49,863 bases of DNA. It comes from Hyphochytrium catenoides (taxonomy: Eukaryota > Protista > Hyphochytriomycota). Position numbers and translations under genes: made by a program. This document shows, one piece after another, positions 36,601 to 47,554 of this stretch. The notes under the pieces are model-generated. The model had not been told where the DNA came from. It did not search any database and saw only the letters and a program-made list of their open reading frames with translations. Position 1 is the stretch's first letter, and every line of letters begins with the position of its first letter. The stretch is from the NCBI GenBank assembly GCA_900088475.1, contig FLMG01003475.1, forward strand, positions 1-49,863. Reading direction: 5' to 3'.

Positions 36601-37494
36601 AAAATGGACTGACAGAAGACAGAAAGAAGTGCGACTGCTGTTGTCGTGAGCAGCAGCAAACTCCGTCATCATAGGGAAATTTTTGAACAAGGAAAAGAGC
36701 CGATCGTAGAAAAGCGGTGGAGAGGAGCCATAGATTGAGGGAGAGCGTGATGGCCAAAGCCAGATGTGTGGCATCTGAGCATGAATAGTATTGAGGGGAA
36801 TAGAGCGGATGTGCAGATGGTGGGATGGACAGGAGCGAACAATACTCTCTTCCTCCTGTCTTTCTCACTTTGAGACTTCACTTGTGGCTGACCGGACCAG
36901 TAGTAGCATACACTGAGTGTGAAGCGAGGACTCACAAGGGATAAAGTCGGTCAATAGCCCAACAGCAAAAAAGGACAGACGGCAAGCAAAGTTAAAAGTT
37001 GAACTTTTACCCTGTTTGGCTGGAGCAGGTAGCAGAGAAGCAGGCAGGGACAAGCAAGGCGTGCGTCAGTCAAGGTCCTGCAAGAGTAGAAGCACCGACA
37101 CCAGGAAAGTGGGAAATGTGATGGAGAGGTGAAGATGGCAGAAGTGTTTTGTTGGTTGTTGCGGCTGCTGTTGGTTCAGGCTGCCGTCATCGCTAACCGG
37201 CGTTGCTGGGCTTAGAGCGTAACATGTTCTTTCTTCTGCCCTTTTTATAAGGCTCCGACGACATGAAAGAGAAAAGAAACGCAGGTTATAAAGACCCTCG
37301 AACGAGAGCAGAAGAACTCTTTACTCTGGCACACTGGGTGGTCCAGGTGGGCTGCTTGTGATTGATGGTGCTGTTGGTTGAGGAGATAACAGCTGATCAT
37401 CATGCTACTGATTGATAATTTTGCAGGCAACGAGTGTAGCGGACGAGAAGCAGTAGCGGCGACAGTACCAGCAGTTTGCACTTGTGTGAAAGGT

Positions 37495-37560
37495 TTGCCT
37501 GCAGTGAGTAGGTAGATGAAGAAGATCTTGCCTGCAGTGAGTAGGTAGATGAAGAAGATC
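37495..37560. repeat. Perfect 33-bp tandem duplication
   Basis: ttgcctgcagtgagtaggtagatgaagaagatc occurs twice, at 37495-37527 and 37528-37560. Confidence 0.95.
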
Positions 37561-37761
37561 GTCCGTCTTCATGGAGCAGATAATGTGTACATAGATATAG
37601 AGAGCCTAGCCAGAAAGTTATGTCACTGATCCTCATCCGCATCCCTTTCTTCTCTCATTTCCACCTCCCGCCGCTCGAGGAGAAGAGGACGTGAACTCTG
37701 CTGGGAGGAGCTTCAGCTCACCACTCGCACAACTACTGCTGTTCTTCTATCTTCATAACTG

Positions 37762-37976
37762 CGAGTGCGATGATAGAGGAGGAAGCACTTCCTCGTAGAC
37801 ACACTGAGCCCAGGCACGAGGCACTGAAGAAGTCGACAGTCCTAAAAAGTCCTGAAGTATGAGTCTCTTAGGGTCACTTGTGATGATAGCAGTCAGAGGA
37901 TTTCTTAGGACTGTCGACTTTTGTTCTAGTGCCTGAGGATCTGCCTGGGGTCACAGTGCTTCCTTTATCGCACTCA
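37762..37976. repeat. Degenerate inverted repeat (arms ~80-90 bp, 43-bp spacer)
   Basis: 37830-37853 matches the reverse complement of 37897-37920 at 22/24. Outer blocks gagtgcgat, aggaagcact, cccaggca and aggcact are also mirrored. Confidence 0.8.
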
Positions 37977-38401
37977 CTATAATGAGCCACTTTCAACGGG
38001 GAGATCGTGCTACATTGAGGGAGTGGCCGTTCAACAAGAGGAAAGGCAACTACCCATTCCTCAGCGCGTCGTTGGGACACGTCAAAACGCTGCCGTGCTC
38101 TACGTGCTTCCTCTGGCATGTGCTGCGGCTAGTAGGAGACGATAATTTTGAAGTAAGTATGCAGAAGTCTGAAGCAACAAAAGGGCAATGAGTGTGCGCT
38201 GCACCGCTGATTCATTGAAGCTCGCAATAGTCTCTTCTGCTGATGAGGTCTTTGCCGCCATCCGATCATCATCATTGACAAGGTCGAAATCCTCCTTCTC
38301 TTGCACCTCCTCTTCTGACATACTTTTGCCTCACCAAAACATATTCTTTTATGTTTTCCTGCCTCTATCGTCAACAAGGGTTTCTTTCTCAGCGTAGCCA
38401 T
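37874..38401 (-). CDS. Tentative small two-exon hypothetical protein (~110 aa)
   Basis: ATG at 38401 gives MATLRKKPLLTIEAGKHKRICFGEAK, followed by a GTATGT donor in phase 0. A pyrimidine-rich acceptor ctactag/ccgcag near 38125 rejoins in frame to PQHMPEEARRARQRFD...CYHHK*. No homology recognised. Confidence 0.35.
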
Positions 38402-39860
38402 ATCGAAGGAAGAGACAGAAGTAAGCTTGGGGCACAGATAAAAGTAGCAACTCAAGCTGGAGAGAGTGTTATATGTGGTATACATAGATGTTGTCCTTCT
38501 TCCCATCTCCTTCTTGGTCTACCCAGAAGTAAGAAGGGAGCTGACTAGTAGCAGGCGTCTGATGAGACACCGGGCGGGTTGAGTGAAGGAGGGTAACTTT
38601 CGACGTTAGCTCTTGGTACTAGGACGGGAAGTCTTGGGACTCAGACGCAAGGTTTGACTCTCCAGAAGGAGGTTCCCTTCTCGACTCTTTGCTGATCCTA
38701 AAAGTAGTCTTACGCCTCTTTTCTCTCTAATCTCTTCTCTCTTTCTCTCTACTTATGCTTCAAAATAAACTTCTCTTGGAAGCAAAAGCACAGCGTATCA
38801 CTGAGTCCGCCGGAAGAACGTCTTGCTCTCCTTGTTTGTCCCCGAGGCCAGCCTCAGTCAAGGCAAAGGACAACGCTTACTACGATCGCGCTCATCGACA
38901 ACCGGGTCTTCTATTTATCATAACAATAGAGCGATTGATGGATGAAGAGAACAGAAAAACTAGCCAAAGTCGTCTAAGCCATCACCACACTCCGTTGTCT
39001 CCTGGACTTTAATTCAAGTCGCGGTCATATCTTCCACGTCGATGAACCAAAGAAAGTCCCCGAGAACAAGTGCCTTGATCTCTGGTGTCACATCATTGTC
39101 CGTAAAGTGGCGATGGCAATAGAACCCTAGCGGCTGAAAAGAGTATATCCTAAAGAAGAGGCCAACAGAACAGCGATCTCACTTCTGGCTTCCTTCTACA
39201 TTGAGAGCTGGTATTCTCATCCAAGGAAGAGATGGACATCTGGCGTCAGCAGGTTTGCACCACCACTTCGCTTCTTCTTCTCCTGACAGAAAAACGATGC
39301 AAAATGCAACTCATGGGCAATGATCTCATCTCTTACTTAACGCTACCTCCGCCGCGTCCTCCTTCCCTTTTTGAAGGCACTCATCTTCATCGACAGAATA
39401 CCTATAACATCATTCCATGTTGGGCCAGGAGAGACAACTACTAGAGCTTGATACTATGGGCAAGCTACCAACTAGTTCTTCTTCTTTCTTCACTCGGAGT
39501 TCAAGATATTATGGGAGGATAATCGCTAGGAAGCAGGTGTGGGGTACATGGCAAATGAAAGAGAGACAAGGACTTCAAGGGTCCGAGGATGAGAGAGAAA
39601 GTACTGATAGAGGAAGGGGTTAGGGAAGAGCGACTGACTCAAATACTAGACAAGCACTTCAGGCCAGGATCCCGGTCTGCTTCTGCGCCGGGACTGATAA
39701 GAATAAGGGACACAAATAACCATAGGTGACGGAGCACATGCGGAGAAAGAGGTAGACCCATTGACTCCGCCCTGCAAGAAAACAATGGTCACCAGCGAGA
39801 AGAATGGTGACAAAGATCAGCTGAAGAATCTCTTTCAACCTCGGCCATCCTGCCACGTGA

Positions 39861-41249
39861 TCACAGGGAAAGCTCCAGAGCAGGAGGGAGATGTAGACAG
39901 GAGATCACAACGCTTACTCTCGCTTGCAAGTCAGCCTTTGAGGGAACTGATGAAAAGTCTAGAGGTAGGTCAAAAGACATCCTGAGCCTCTCACAGCGCT
40001 CCATATCGTCACTGTTGAGCTTTACTCCCGATCCAGTAGAGGACAATCGGGCCTTCTTATCACCCGGTTCTCTGTTTCCATCTCCTCTACGTTTCCGATC
40101 GTCAGTATCCCTGACAGATGTGGCCCTATCTGAGTCTTGCAATCCTATAATCGTCTCTTCTGGTCCTGCTAGTTGGTTGTCTCTGTCCTCGGTAGCTCTT
40201 TGTTGGACAGAACCTAGCCTCCGCCTCGTGCGCAGGATCCTATGGGCATACTGAATGTGTTCTGTCTCTATTCTCTCTTTTCCTCTGCATGCTGTCTCCT
40301 TCACAAGCTCAAGTCGAGAGCTACTGAGGACCGAAGGATCGTGAGCACGGCATGCCAAAGAAGACCACCATCCATGGGCACAGACACCAGCAGAATCATA
40401 CGGGAAGGCCAGAGGACATCGATACGGCGCAACGAGAGGAAGAGAGAATGCCTTTGCCTCTCCAGCAGCTACCGCGTTCTCTGGCTCGTCGTGCTTTTTC
40501 CTACTGAGAAGCAAGAAGTGCTTTCTAGCTGCTGTTCTATGAGGATAGTCCAAGACGTAGTGCGTGCTCCAGCCTTCCACGTCTAACGCTTCTCTCAACC
40601 AATGCACTTGTCTCACTTGCTCCGGATAGAGCTGGAAGACCGCCAATGCTTGCGAAGTGAGAGAAAGAGAGAGAGCTCTTGCCAAACGCCTTACTTTTGC
40701 CACTGTCGCGTCCTTCTTCTCCCCCAAGAGCCACTGGAGGGCAGAGATGCTAAGTACTGCGTCTACTGAGCCAGGCCGTACGGGTAAGCCCTGTGACATA
40801 TCGATCTCTATCCAGCCCTTCGGGAGGGACAATGCTCTTTCTTTCTCTTTGATGCCTTCCTCCTGGCTCACTGTCTTCGTGTCTTTCTTCATGCCAGGAG
40901 AAGGAGAGAAAGCGCTAGAGGTTGAAAGAGAGGCAAGGCGGAGCATTTCCCTCGAAATATCTGCTCCCAGGACGAAGAAGCCAAAGCTTGAGAGGATAGA
41001 GCTACTGAGACCGGAGCCGCAACCTAAATCCAGAGTTATCCATGGGCCACACTCTGCCTCTTTGCCTTCCCGCATGACAAAGGCGGAGAGAAGAAACGCC
41101 AGCGCACGAAGGGTGAGGTCTCCCTGGATGCCGGTGCGTTCTGCCGCGGTAGTGTACCGACTGGCTCCATTGCCTTCGTAATAGACAGCAGCTTGTCTTT
41201 CCTGTCGCAGATGTTGCCTTTCAGGTCTTGTCTCTTTGCTGAAGGTCAT
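39861..41249 (-). CDS. BUD23/WBSCR22-like SAM-dependent methyltransferase (18S rRNA m7G family) with divergent C-terminus
   Basis: Intronless ORF with ATG at 41249. Motifs are RPE..YY...A.RYT, IQGDLT.RAL, LDLGCGSGLS, GADISREML, DMSQGLP.RPGSVD..LSISALQWL, AVFQLYPE and LDYP..A.K.FL.L. Confidence 0.85.
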   Translation of the reverse strand: MTFSKETRPERQHLRQERQAAVYYEGNGASRYTTAAERTGIQGDLTLRALAFLLSAFVMREGKEAECGPWITLDLGCGSGLSSSILSSFGFFVLGADISREMLRLASLSTSSAFSPSPGMKKDTKTVSQEEGIKEKERALSLPKGWIEIDMSQGLPVRPGSVDAVLSISALQWLLGEKKDATVAKVRRLARALSLSLTSQALAVFQLYPEQVRQVHWLREALDVEGWSTHYVLDYPHRTAARKHFLLLSRKKHDEPENAVAAGEAKAFSLPLVAPYRCPLAFPYDSAGVCAHGWWSSLACRAHDPSVLSSSRLELVKETACRGKERIETEHIQYAHRILRTRRRLGSVQQRATEDRDNQLAGPEETIIGLQDSDRATSVRDTDDRKRRGDGNREPGDKKARLSSTGSGVKLNSDDMERCERLRMSFDLPLDFSSVPSKADLQARVSVVISCLHLPPALELSL

Positions 41250-42007
41250 AATGGTGCAAGAGAAGACAACGATAGCCACGTTCAGGAGGCAAGGTGGAGC
41301 AGCGCCAGGAAGGAGAGGGGATTCAAGGGCGCAGAGAAGAGAGAGAAAGAGCTTCTGTTGAACAGTGTGGCAAGCAAGCTTTCATCGCCTGGCGTCCTAT
41401 ATCATCAAAAGCTCAACCATCTGATCCTCGCACCCTTCTCTCTCGCTCCCTCTCTCTCTCTCTCTCTCTCGCTCTCTCGCTCTCTCTCCGTTTCTCCTAT
41501 TCCTCCATTTCCCTCTCCTTCGCTCTCATGCGTTTGGTCATGGTTTCGCTTTCTGAATCATCTTTCCCCCCTTTGCCAATACTGGCCTCTTGCTGCACCG
41601 TGGGGCACAGAGGCACAGAGCTCTTCAGTCCCTGTTCGCCTCTCGTCTTGGTCTCTTTGGGCTTGCGATATTCTCTTTTCACTGTCGCTCTCCTTTCTGC
41701 TTAGAGGTAGAAGAGACTGAGACAGTCTCTCCCCAGTCTCTCTCTCTTTCTCACCCTTTCTCTCTTCTCTCTCCTATTCTACGTTCCAAACCATTGTTAG
41801 CCATCAACGAGGATGCGAACAGGTCCTACAACATCAAATTTAGATTTCAGTACTATTTTCGTATTGCAGCATGTTTTGCCGTTCTATTATCCACAGTTCG
41901 TGGTATTATCCTCGGACCACGTGGTTAGCCTCGTGATGTTCTTCCTTGTTATCGTTCATCAAGCTTTCTTGGCTGAAGATGATGAAGTGCGAGTTTATAA
42001 AGAGTGA

Positions 42008-42190
42008 CAGAGAGAGAGAGAGTGATACAAGAGAGTGAGAGAGAGAGAGACAGACAGAGACAGAGAGAGAGGGGGTGATAGAAGAGAGGGAGAGAGAATT
42101 AGAGATAGAGACAGAGACAGAGCGAGACAGAAAGAAAGAAAGAGAGAGACAGAGAGAGACAGAAAGAAAGAGAGAGACAGAGCGAGACAG

Positions 42191-42248
<58 letters not shown>

Positions 42249-42308
42249 AGGGGGAGAGAGAGAGGAGAGAGAGAGAAAGAAAGGCAGAGAGAGAGAGAGA
42301 AAGAGAGA
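42008..42308. repeat. (GA)n/(GACA)n purine microsatellite
   Basis: About 300 bp purine-rich tract including a long pure (GA)n run near 42198-42240. Confidence 0.9.
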
Positions 42309-42502
42309 TGTGGCAGAGTCTTCATAAAACTTCCAGAGATTGTAGATCTTGAGCTTCTGGTGCCTGATGAGTTCTCCGATGCTTGGCCTGGCACTGTCAC
42401 CTTATCCCCGGCTCTAACAGACAGGTCAGCCGGTCTCCTGGAGTTGCATCTGAGAGCTTGGGCAGGGAATCGTTGCGGCCTCTGTCGCGGTGGATTGGAT
42501 AA

Positions 42503-42718
42503 CTAGAGCTTGGCCTGCGTAGAAGTATGGCTGGGGAGAAAACCTTGGTAGAGCAGCTCACGCCTGAGAGCATCCACATAGATGCGTTGGCATATCTTGA
42601 TAACGAGGTAAGAATAAATAATGCCGCGACAATACCATCCGTCTAGCTGCTCCCGCGCGAGGCGTGATTCTAAGAATCGCCTCACAGCATCATGTGCTTC
42701 CAAAGCGGAAGGATCCAA
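42503..42718 (-). mobile_element. Possible decayed non-LTR retrotransposon reverse-transcriptase fragment
   Basis: WYCRGIIYSYLVIKICQRIYVDALRRELLYQGFLPSHTSTQA resembles RT domain 2/2a (YRGI.L...KI..RI...L...Q.GF...ST). It is followed by a stop, and no YADD was seen. Confidence 0.3.
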
Positions 42719-42949
42719 CTTCTCTCGGACTTCTGTTAGCTGACATGTTACCTCTCATCTCTAGACAATCTCAGCTTCTCTCAGTGTTCCTATCTGGACC
42801 TCAGAAGTCCAAGAAACATTAATGTGTTCTCTCGCTTTTCCTCTCTCTGTCTAACCCTAACCTCTTCTCTCTCTCTCCCTCGGCTCTTGAACCCTTCTCC
42901 ACCTGCAACTCTTCTTTCTGACTCGCTGTCTTCGCTCAACGATCTGCAG

Positions 42950-43276
42950 CTTGAGGATCCTGCCCTTCAGAAGGCGGTAGTAGAGCTGGTGCAACAGGAG
43001 ATGGCAACGTTCAGACCTAGAGACTATCTAAAGGGATTTCCAGGCTTCGAGGGGAAGTTCTCGGGCAACCCGCTCTTGCAGGAGGAGTGGGAGCGAGTAA
43101 AGAGGGGAGAGAAGCTGCCGGCCCTGGACCAGGAGAGATTCTATCTCCATCCCCCGGCGGACGAGGACAGAGGAGATCCGGAGGCCTGGAAAAAGGCGCT
43201 GAGCAATGCGAAGGCACAGCTAGAGCATCAGAATCTTAGGTACCCGTACATTATGTCTCTCTCTCTCTTTCTCTTA

Positions 43277-43314
<38 letters not shown>

Positions 43315-44022
43315 TTCGCTCGAGCTAGCTTGCATGCGCTAACTCTCCAGTGGTGTTTCTTACGCGCTCTCCCTATCCATCGCGTAGGATATTGAACCTC
43401 GAGCTCTACCAGGCCTATGCCCCAAATGCGTGGGTGCAACACTGCAAGAATCTGGAAGGATGTCAGAAGCAGTGAGTTGACCGCTGTCTGCCTCTGTCTC
43501 TCTTGTCCGCCTCTCTTTTGTCCGCCCCTCTGTACCTTTGCAAAATCGTGCAATGGTGTTGCTAATCAGCCTCTCTATCGACTATGAATCCTTTCAATAT
43601 GAAGCTTCTCGTCTCAGCTGAAGGCTAAAGAGGAAGAGACAGCACAATTGAACTGGAAGAGGAAAGGGGACCAGGAGAGAAATCGGCCCAAGATAGAGCA
43701 GCTCTCTCAAGAATGGGAAAGTCTCGTGGAGAAAACGTTGCAGATCGAGGTAAGCGCAGAAGGATAAGCTAGAGAAAGCTAAGTGAAAGAGTGACGCATG
43801 TGTGAACTTGCCCTGAGTTTGCGCGGGGGCGCAGATATTCCGAAGCAAGATGAGAGGGGGACAAGATGAGAGAGCGGGCAAAACTGATAGCATATGAACT
43901 TCGGGTAGTCTATTGACAGAAGTGTTTGGCTGACTCCGCCTACTTTTTAGCGAGCAAATGCAGCTTTAGAGAGAGAAGTCAAGAGGTTGAAGACAGCGAG
44001 AGAAGAGAGAGCTGCTGCTTAA
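42950..44022 (+). CDS. BCAS2: Pre-mRNA splicing factor SPF27/BCAS2 (Prp19 complex); exons 42950-43239, 43388-43471, 43605-43749, 43951-44022; first exon not located
   Basis: The joined peptide has LVQQEM...RDYL, EWERV, AWKKALSNAKAQLEHQNLRILNLEL...NAW, LNWKRK..Q, W.SLV.K...IE and ANAALEREV. Introns are phase-compatible. Confidence 0.9.
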
Positions 44023-44675
44023 GAGGATCTCTTCACAATCGCTCCCTTCTTCCGCCTTCGCAATTCTTCCCCTCTCCTTCTCTCCCTCTCTCTCTCCCCA
44101 GTTTCTCTCTCTCTCTCTCCCCCCTTTCTCTCTCTCTCTCTTTCTATCTTTTTCCTTTGTGTCAATAGCACTGATTTTACATCGAAAAGGATTCGTTAGC
44201 CTACCCTTTTGACCCTTAAGTCAACATATCATTTCTCTATCCCTGAGGAAGTAATGAACTCTTCTTCTCTCAACGTCCTTCCTCGATAGCTCAGCAGCAA
44301 CGTTCGAAAAGTTAGAGAACCGCAGCTGGAGACCCAGTGACATGGACAACGTCAGCTTGGGCAAGCATCACGCCAGTAGGGGTTCGGGAGCCATATAGAG
44401 CGAGGGGCAAGAAGGCTTGCGCCGCCCATGGAAGAGAGTAAGGTGTAGACTGCAATCTAGACTCCAATGTAACAGTGGGAAGGTGGTCAGGAAGTGGGTC
44501 ATGACAAGAGAGTGAGCGGGAGAAAGTGTTCCTTGACCGTCAGACGCACACGAAGGACAGGACTGGGACCGGTGTGATGCCGATATTCTTGGCTCTGTTA
44601 ACATCGCGGTCATTGTTGCATCAACTCTAAGGCAATAGAGTCCGATTGGGCAAGAGAGTTGGGTGGCGAGAGCGT

Positions 44676-46520
44676 CTACGTATCCCTGGTTAGCAATTCA
44701 TAGATCCTCTGGTGTCCACCGAGACGGGCAAAGTCCGCGGCACTGTTTCCATAGATATCTTGAGCCTCTTTCTCCGCTCCCTCCTCCAACAGCCTCTTCA
44801 CCATCCCTTCCGCTCCCTTTGCGGCAGCTGCCATAAGAAGGGTTGAGCGGTCGCTTCTGTCTCTCGAGAATGAGGTGAGATGCGGAGCAAGGAGAGGATC
44901 TTCGAGGAGAGACGCCGCCCTAGAGAAACTGCCCAGTTGGAAAACTTCCCATATTGCCATATCGAACGTAAGATAGAGAGGATCTAATCTATGAAGTCTG
45001 TCGACTGTTGGCTGAGGGGGAATTATTGAGGGAGAAGGGACTGCGGAAGACTGTAGGAGAAGCGCAAGATCTCTTCTGAGCCTCTTGGCTACTGCCGTGC
45101 TGTCCGTGCCTGGGAGCTGATGAATCTGGCGAAAGAAAGAGAGAGGAGATTAGGTTCTAAGGCCTCCAAGGGAGACGTTGAGCTAGATGACGTATGGACT
45201 ACCTTTGGCGGCTGAGGAAGGAAGACCACATCGTCATCCTCTTCCCTCTCGTCATTCTGTGCTGCTCTTAGCTGTGCTACTGCTGATTCTGCAGGCCCTC
45301 GAGATGCCTGAGCAAGCGGTCTCTTCCTCTCCCTTCCTCGATCCTAGTAACAACCACTAGGTCACTTTTCGAGATCTACTTCTCGGGGTGTCATCCTTTC
45401 CTCCGACTTTCTCTGTTTGTCTATCTGTCTGTCTGTCTCTTCTCCCTCTCTCTCGCTCGCACAGATTCTGGGACACTCACTCTCTCACTCTCTCTACCCT
45501 CTCTCTTTCCGCCACTTTGTCTCTTGATGTCTTGCTTCCTTTTCTTACTGCTACAATCGCCCCGATGCGTTCCATTTCTTCTCTCTCATCTATGGGTTCT
45601 CTTTCCTCCCTTCCTCCTGTCCTTTCTGAAATTGTCTCTCTACATTCAGAAAAAGTTTGCCCTTGTAGCTCGCTTCTACCTACCGTCTGGCTCCTGGCTA
45701 GCTGTCTGTCTGATGAGCTGGGATCTACAGGAGAAAAGGAACCATCGCTGCGCAGCTCCACCACTAGTGCGGGAGAAAAGAGAGAAGAGTGACAGCCACA
45801 GAAAGCGAAGACCGTGAGACAGAGAGAAAGAAAATGTGAGAGATAGAGACACACTAAAAGACAGAGAGAACAGACGTAGGGAGAAAGAGAGAGAGAGGGC
45901 GTGTAAAGTAAGGAGAGCAATATTGGGAGAGAAGCTTTTAAGAGAGCATCCGAAGACAGCAAACGAAGAGATGGATGAGAAGGGGAGAAAGATAGAAAAG
46001 AGAGGGAAGAGAGAGATCGATCAAACGGCAAGAGAGAAAGACCGATCAGGGGAAGCAAGCAGAGAAAAAGAGAGGAATGCTAATAAAAGTTCCTTACTCG
46101 TGCAGGAGAGAGGTGTTCCTCTAAGTATCTTCAGTACATCTTCCCGCGGGACGAGCCTCGCTCCTGAGATCTTCTCCCCACAGACTGGGCACTTCACCTT
46201 CCTCTCTGGAGCAGAAGCGAAGAGCCCATGTCTTGCTCTCTTTCTCCCTTTGTTCTCTCCCTCTCTTGTTCTATCTAGCAGCCGCGCCTCGTAGGCCAGA
46301 AAGGTCTCTCTATCGAAGGCTCGGGAGTGAGGTCGACACTCTCTTCCAACCACAGGGTCAATGATCCTCTTCAGGCCCAGGGGACAGAGCAAGCTCTCTA
46401 GAGAGAAAGAGACCTCTACATTGCTGCTCTCCATTCTCTCTCCTGAGCCTCCGCCGCGGACTTCCTGATCCTTCTTCTTCTCCTCTTTCTCTGCGTGCTC
46501 CCTTGTATCAACCAGTCTCT
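44676..46520 (-). CDS. SP-RING (MIZ/Nse2-type) zinc finger + SIM + ankyrin-repeat protein; exons ~46520-46098, 45763-45549, 45343-45203, 45125-44676; 5' exons (perhaps up to ~47420) uncertain
   Basis: SP-RING reads CPLGLKRIIDPVVGRECRPHSRAFD...KCPVC, followed by the PIAS-like VELRSDGSFSP. The SIM-like segment is EEDDDVVFL. The ankyrin repeats read STLLMAAAAKGAEGMVKRLLEEGAEKEAQDIYGNSAADFARLGGHQRIYELL. Three GT..AG introns are phase-compatible. Confidence 0.72.
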
Positions 46521-46704
46521 CATGGAGTCTTGCTGCTTGGCTCTTTCACCTCTTCGACGCCAAAGGCGGCATACTGCCTCTCATGAGAGCTTCCATGCAG
46601 TGCTTGATCATAATAAGGGCCCGGGTAGAAGTACAACCGAGAGAGACAACTCAATGCAGAAGAAGTGGTTTGAGAGAGTATGATCGTGCGCAATTTCGGA
46701 CAGG

Positions 46705-46796
46705 AACAGAGAGAGAGAAAGAGAAAGAACAATAGAGAGACTCATCAGACGAAGGAGAGAAGAGAGGGAGAGAGACAGAGACAGAGAGAGACAGAG

Positions 46797-46830
<34 letters not shown>

Positions 46831-46965
46831 CAGAGAGGGAGAGAGAGGGAGAGAGAGGCCCAGAGAGGAAGAGAGATGGAGAGCAGGGAGGGAGATAGAC
46901 GAAGAGAGAAAAGAGAGAAAGAGAAAGAGAGAGAAAGAGAGAGTGAGAAAGAGAGAGGAAGACAG
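46705..46965. repeat. (GA)n purine microsatellite, probably intronic
   Basis: About 260 bp GA-rich tract. Confidence 0.85.
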
Positions 46966-47554
46966 AACAGGCAGGGCAGAGAGTGAGTTTCACTATCTTC
47001 CAAGCCCAGAAACTTCTTCTGACACAGAGAGAGGGCTTTGTCATCATTACCGTTAGCGGCTTGCAGGGAATCTTTGTCGACAAGATCTGTCTTCTGCCTT
47101 TCTCTAGGAAAGACACCGATCTCAGTTCTCTCTCTCCCTCTGTCTCTCTCTCACACTCTCTCTCTCCCATTCCCTCACTCTCACTCACACTCTCCGTGCT
47201 TATACTCGTCACTCTTTATCTCAAGGGTTTCTCTCTCCCATGCTCTGTCTCTCTTCATGTCAACTCTTCTTACTCTCTCCTAATCGTGCTTCCCCTGCGC
47301 TCTAGGAGCGCTGAGTGGCTTTCTCCCACGCTGTCTCCTCTTCTGCTCTCAACCTCCGTGCTGCCTTTCCCTTCGGCCCTCAGAGACGTCATTGCACTTC
47401 CCGCTTGGTTCTCTCTTCCCATCGTTATCGCGCTTCTCTTTCTCTCTGTGTGCCGCCATCTGCTGCCTCCTCCGGCAATTTTTCTTCTCGTTCCTCTTCT
47501 TCTGAGGTGCTCAGTTCCTTGCTTCGACGTGAGAAAGAGTAAGGAGCATTTCCA

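Noticed and set aside
37495-37560. 33-bp direct repeat as a CRISPR-like array
   Set aside because: There are two abutting units with no spacer, the context is eukaryotic and no cas genes are present.
38030-38100. QRRAEEWVVAFP as a fourth copy of the 24-aa family motif
   Set aside because: It lacks the invariant H, A, S and DI. Only AFP is shared.
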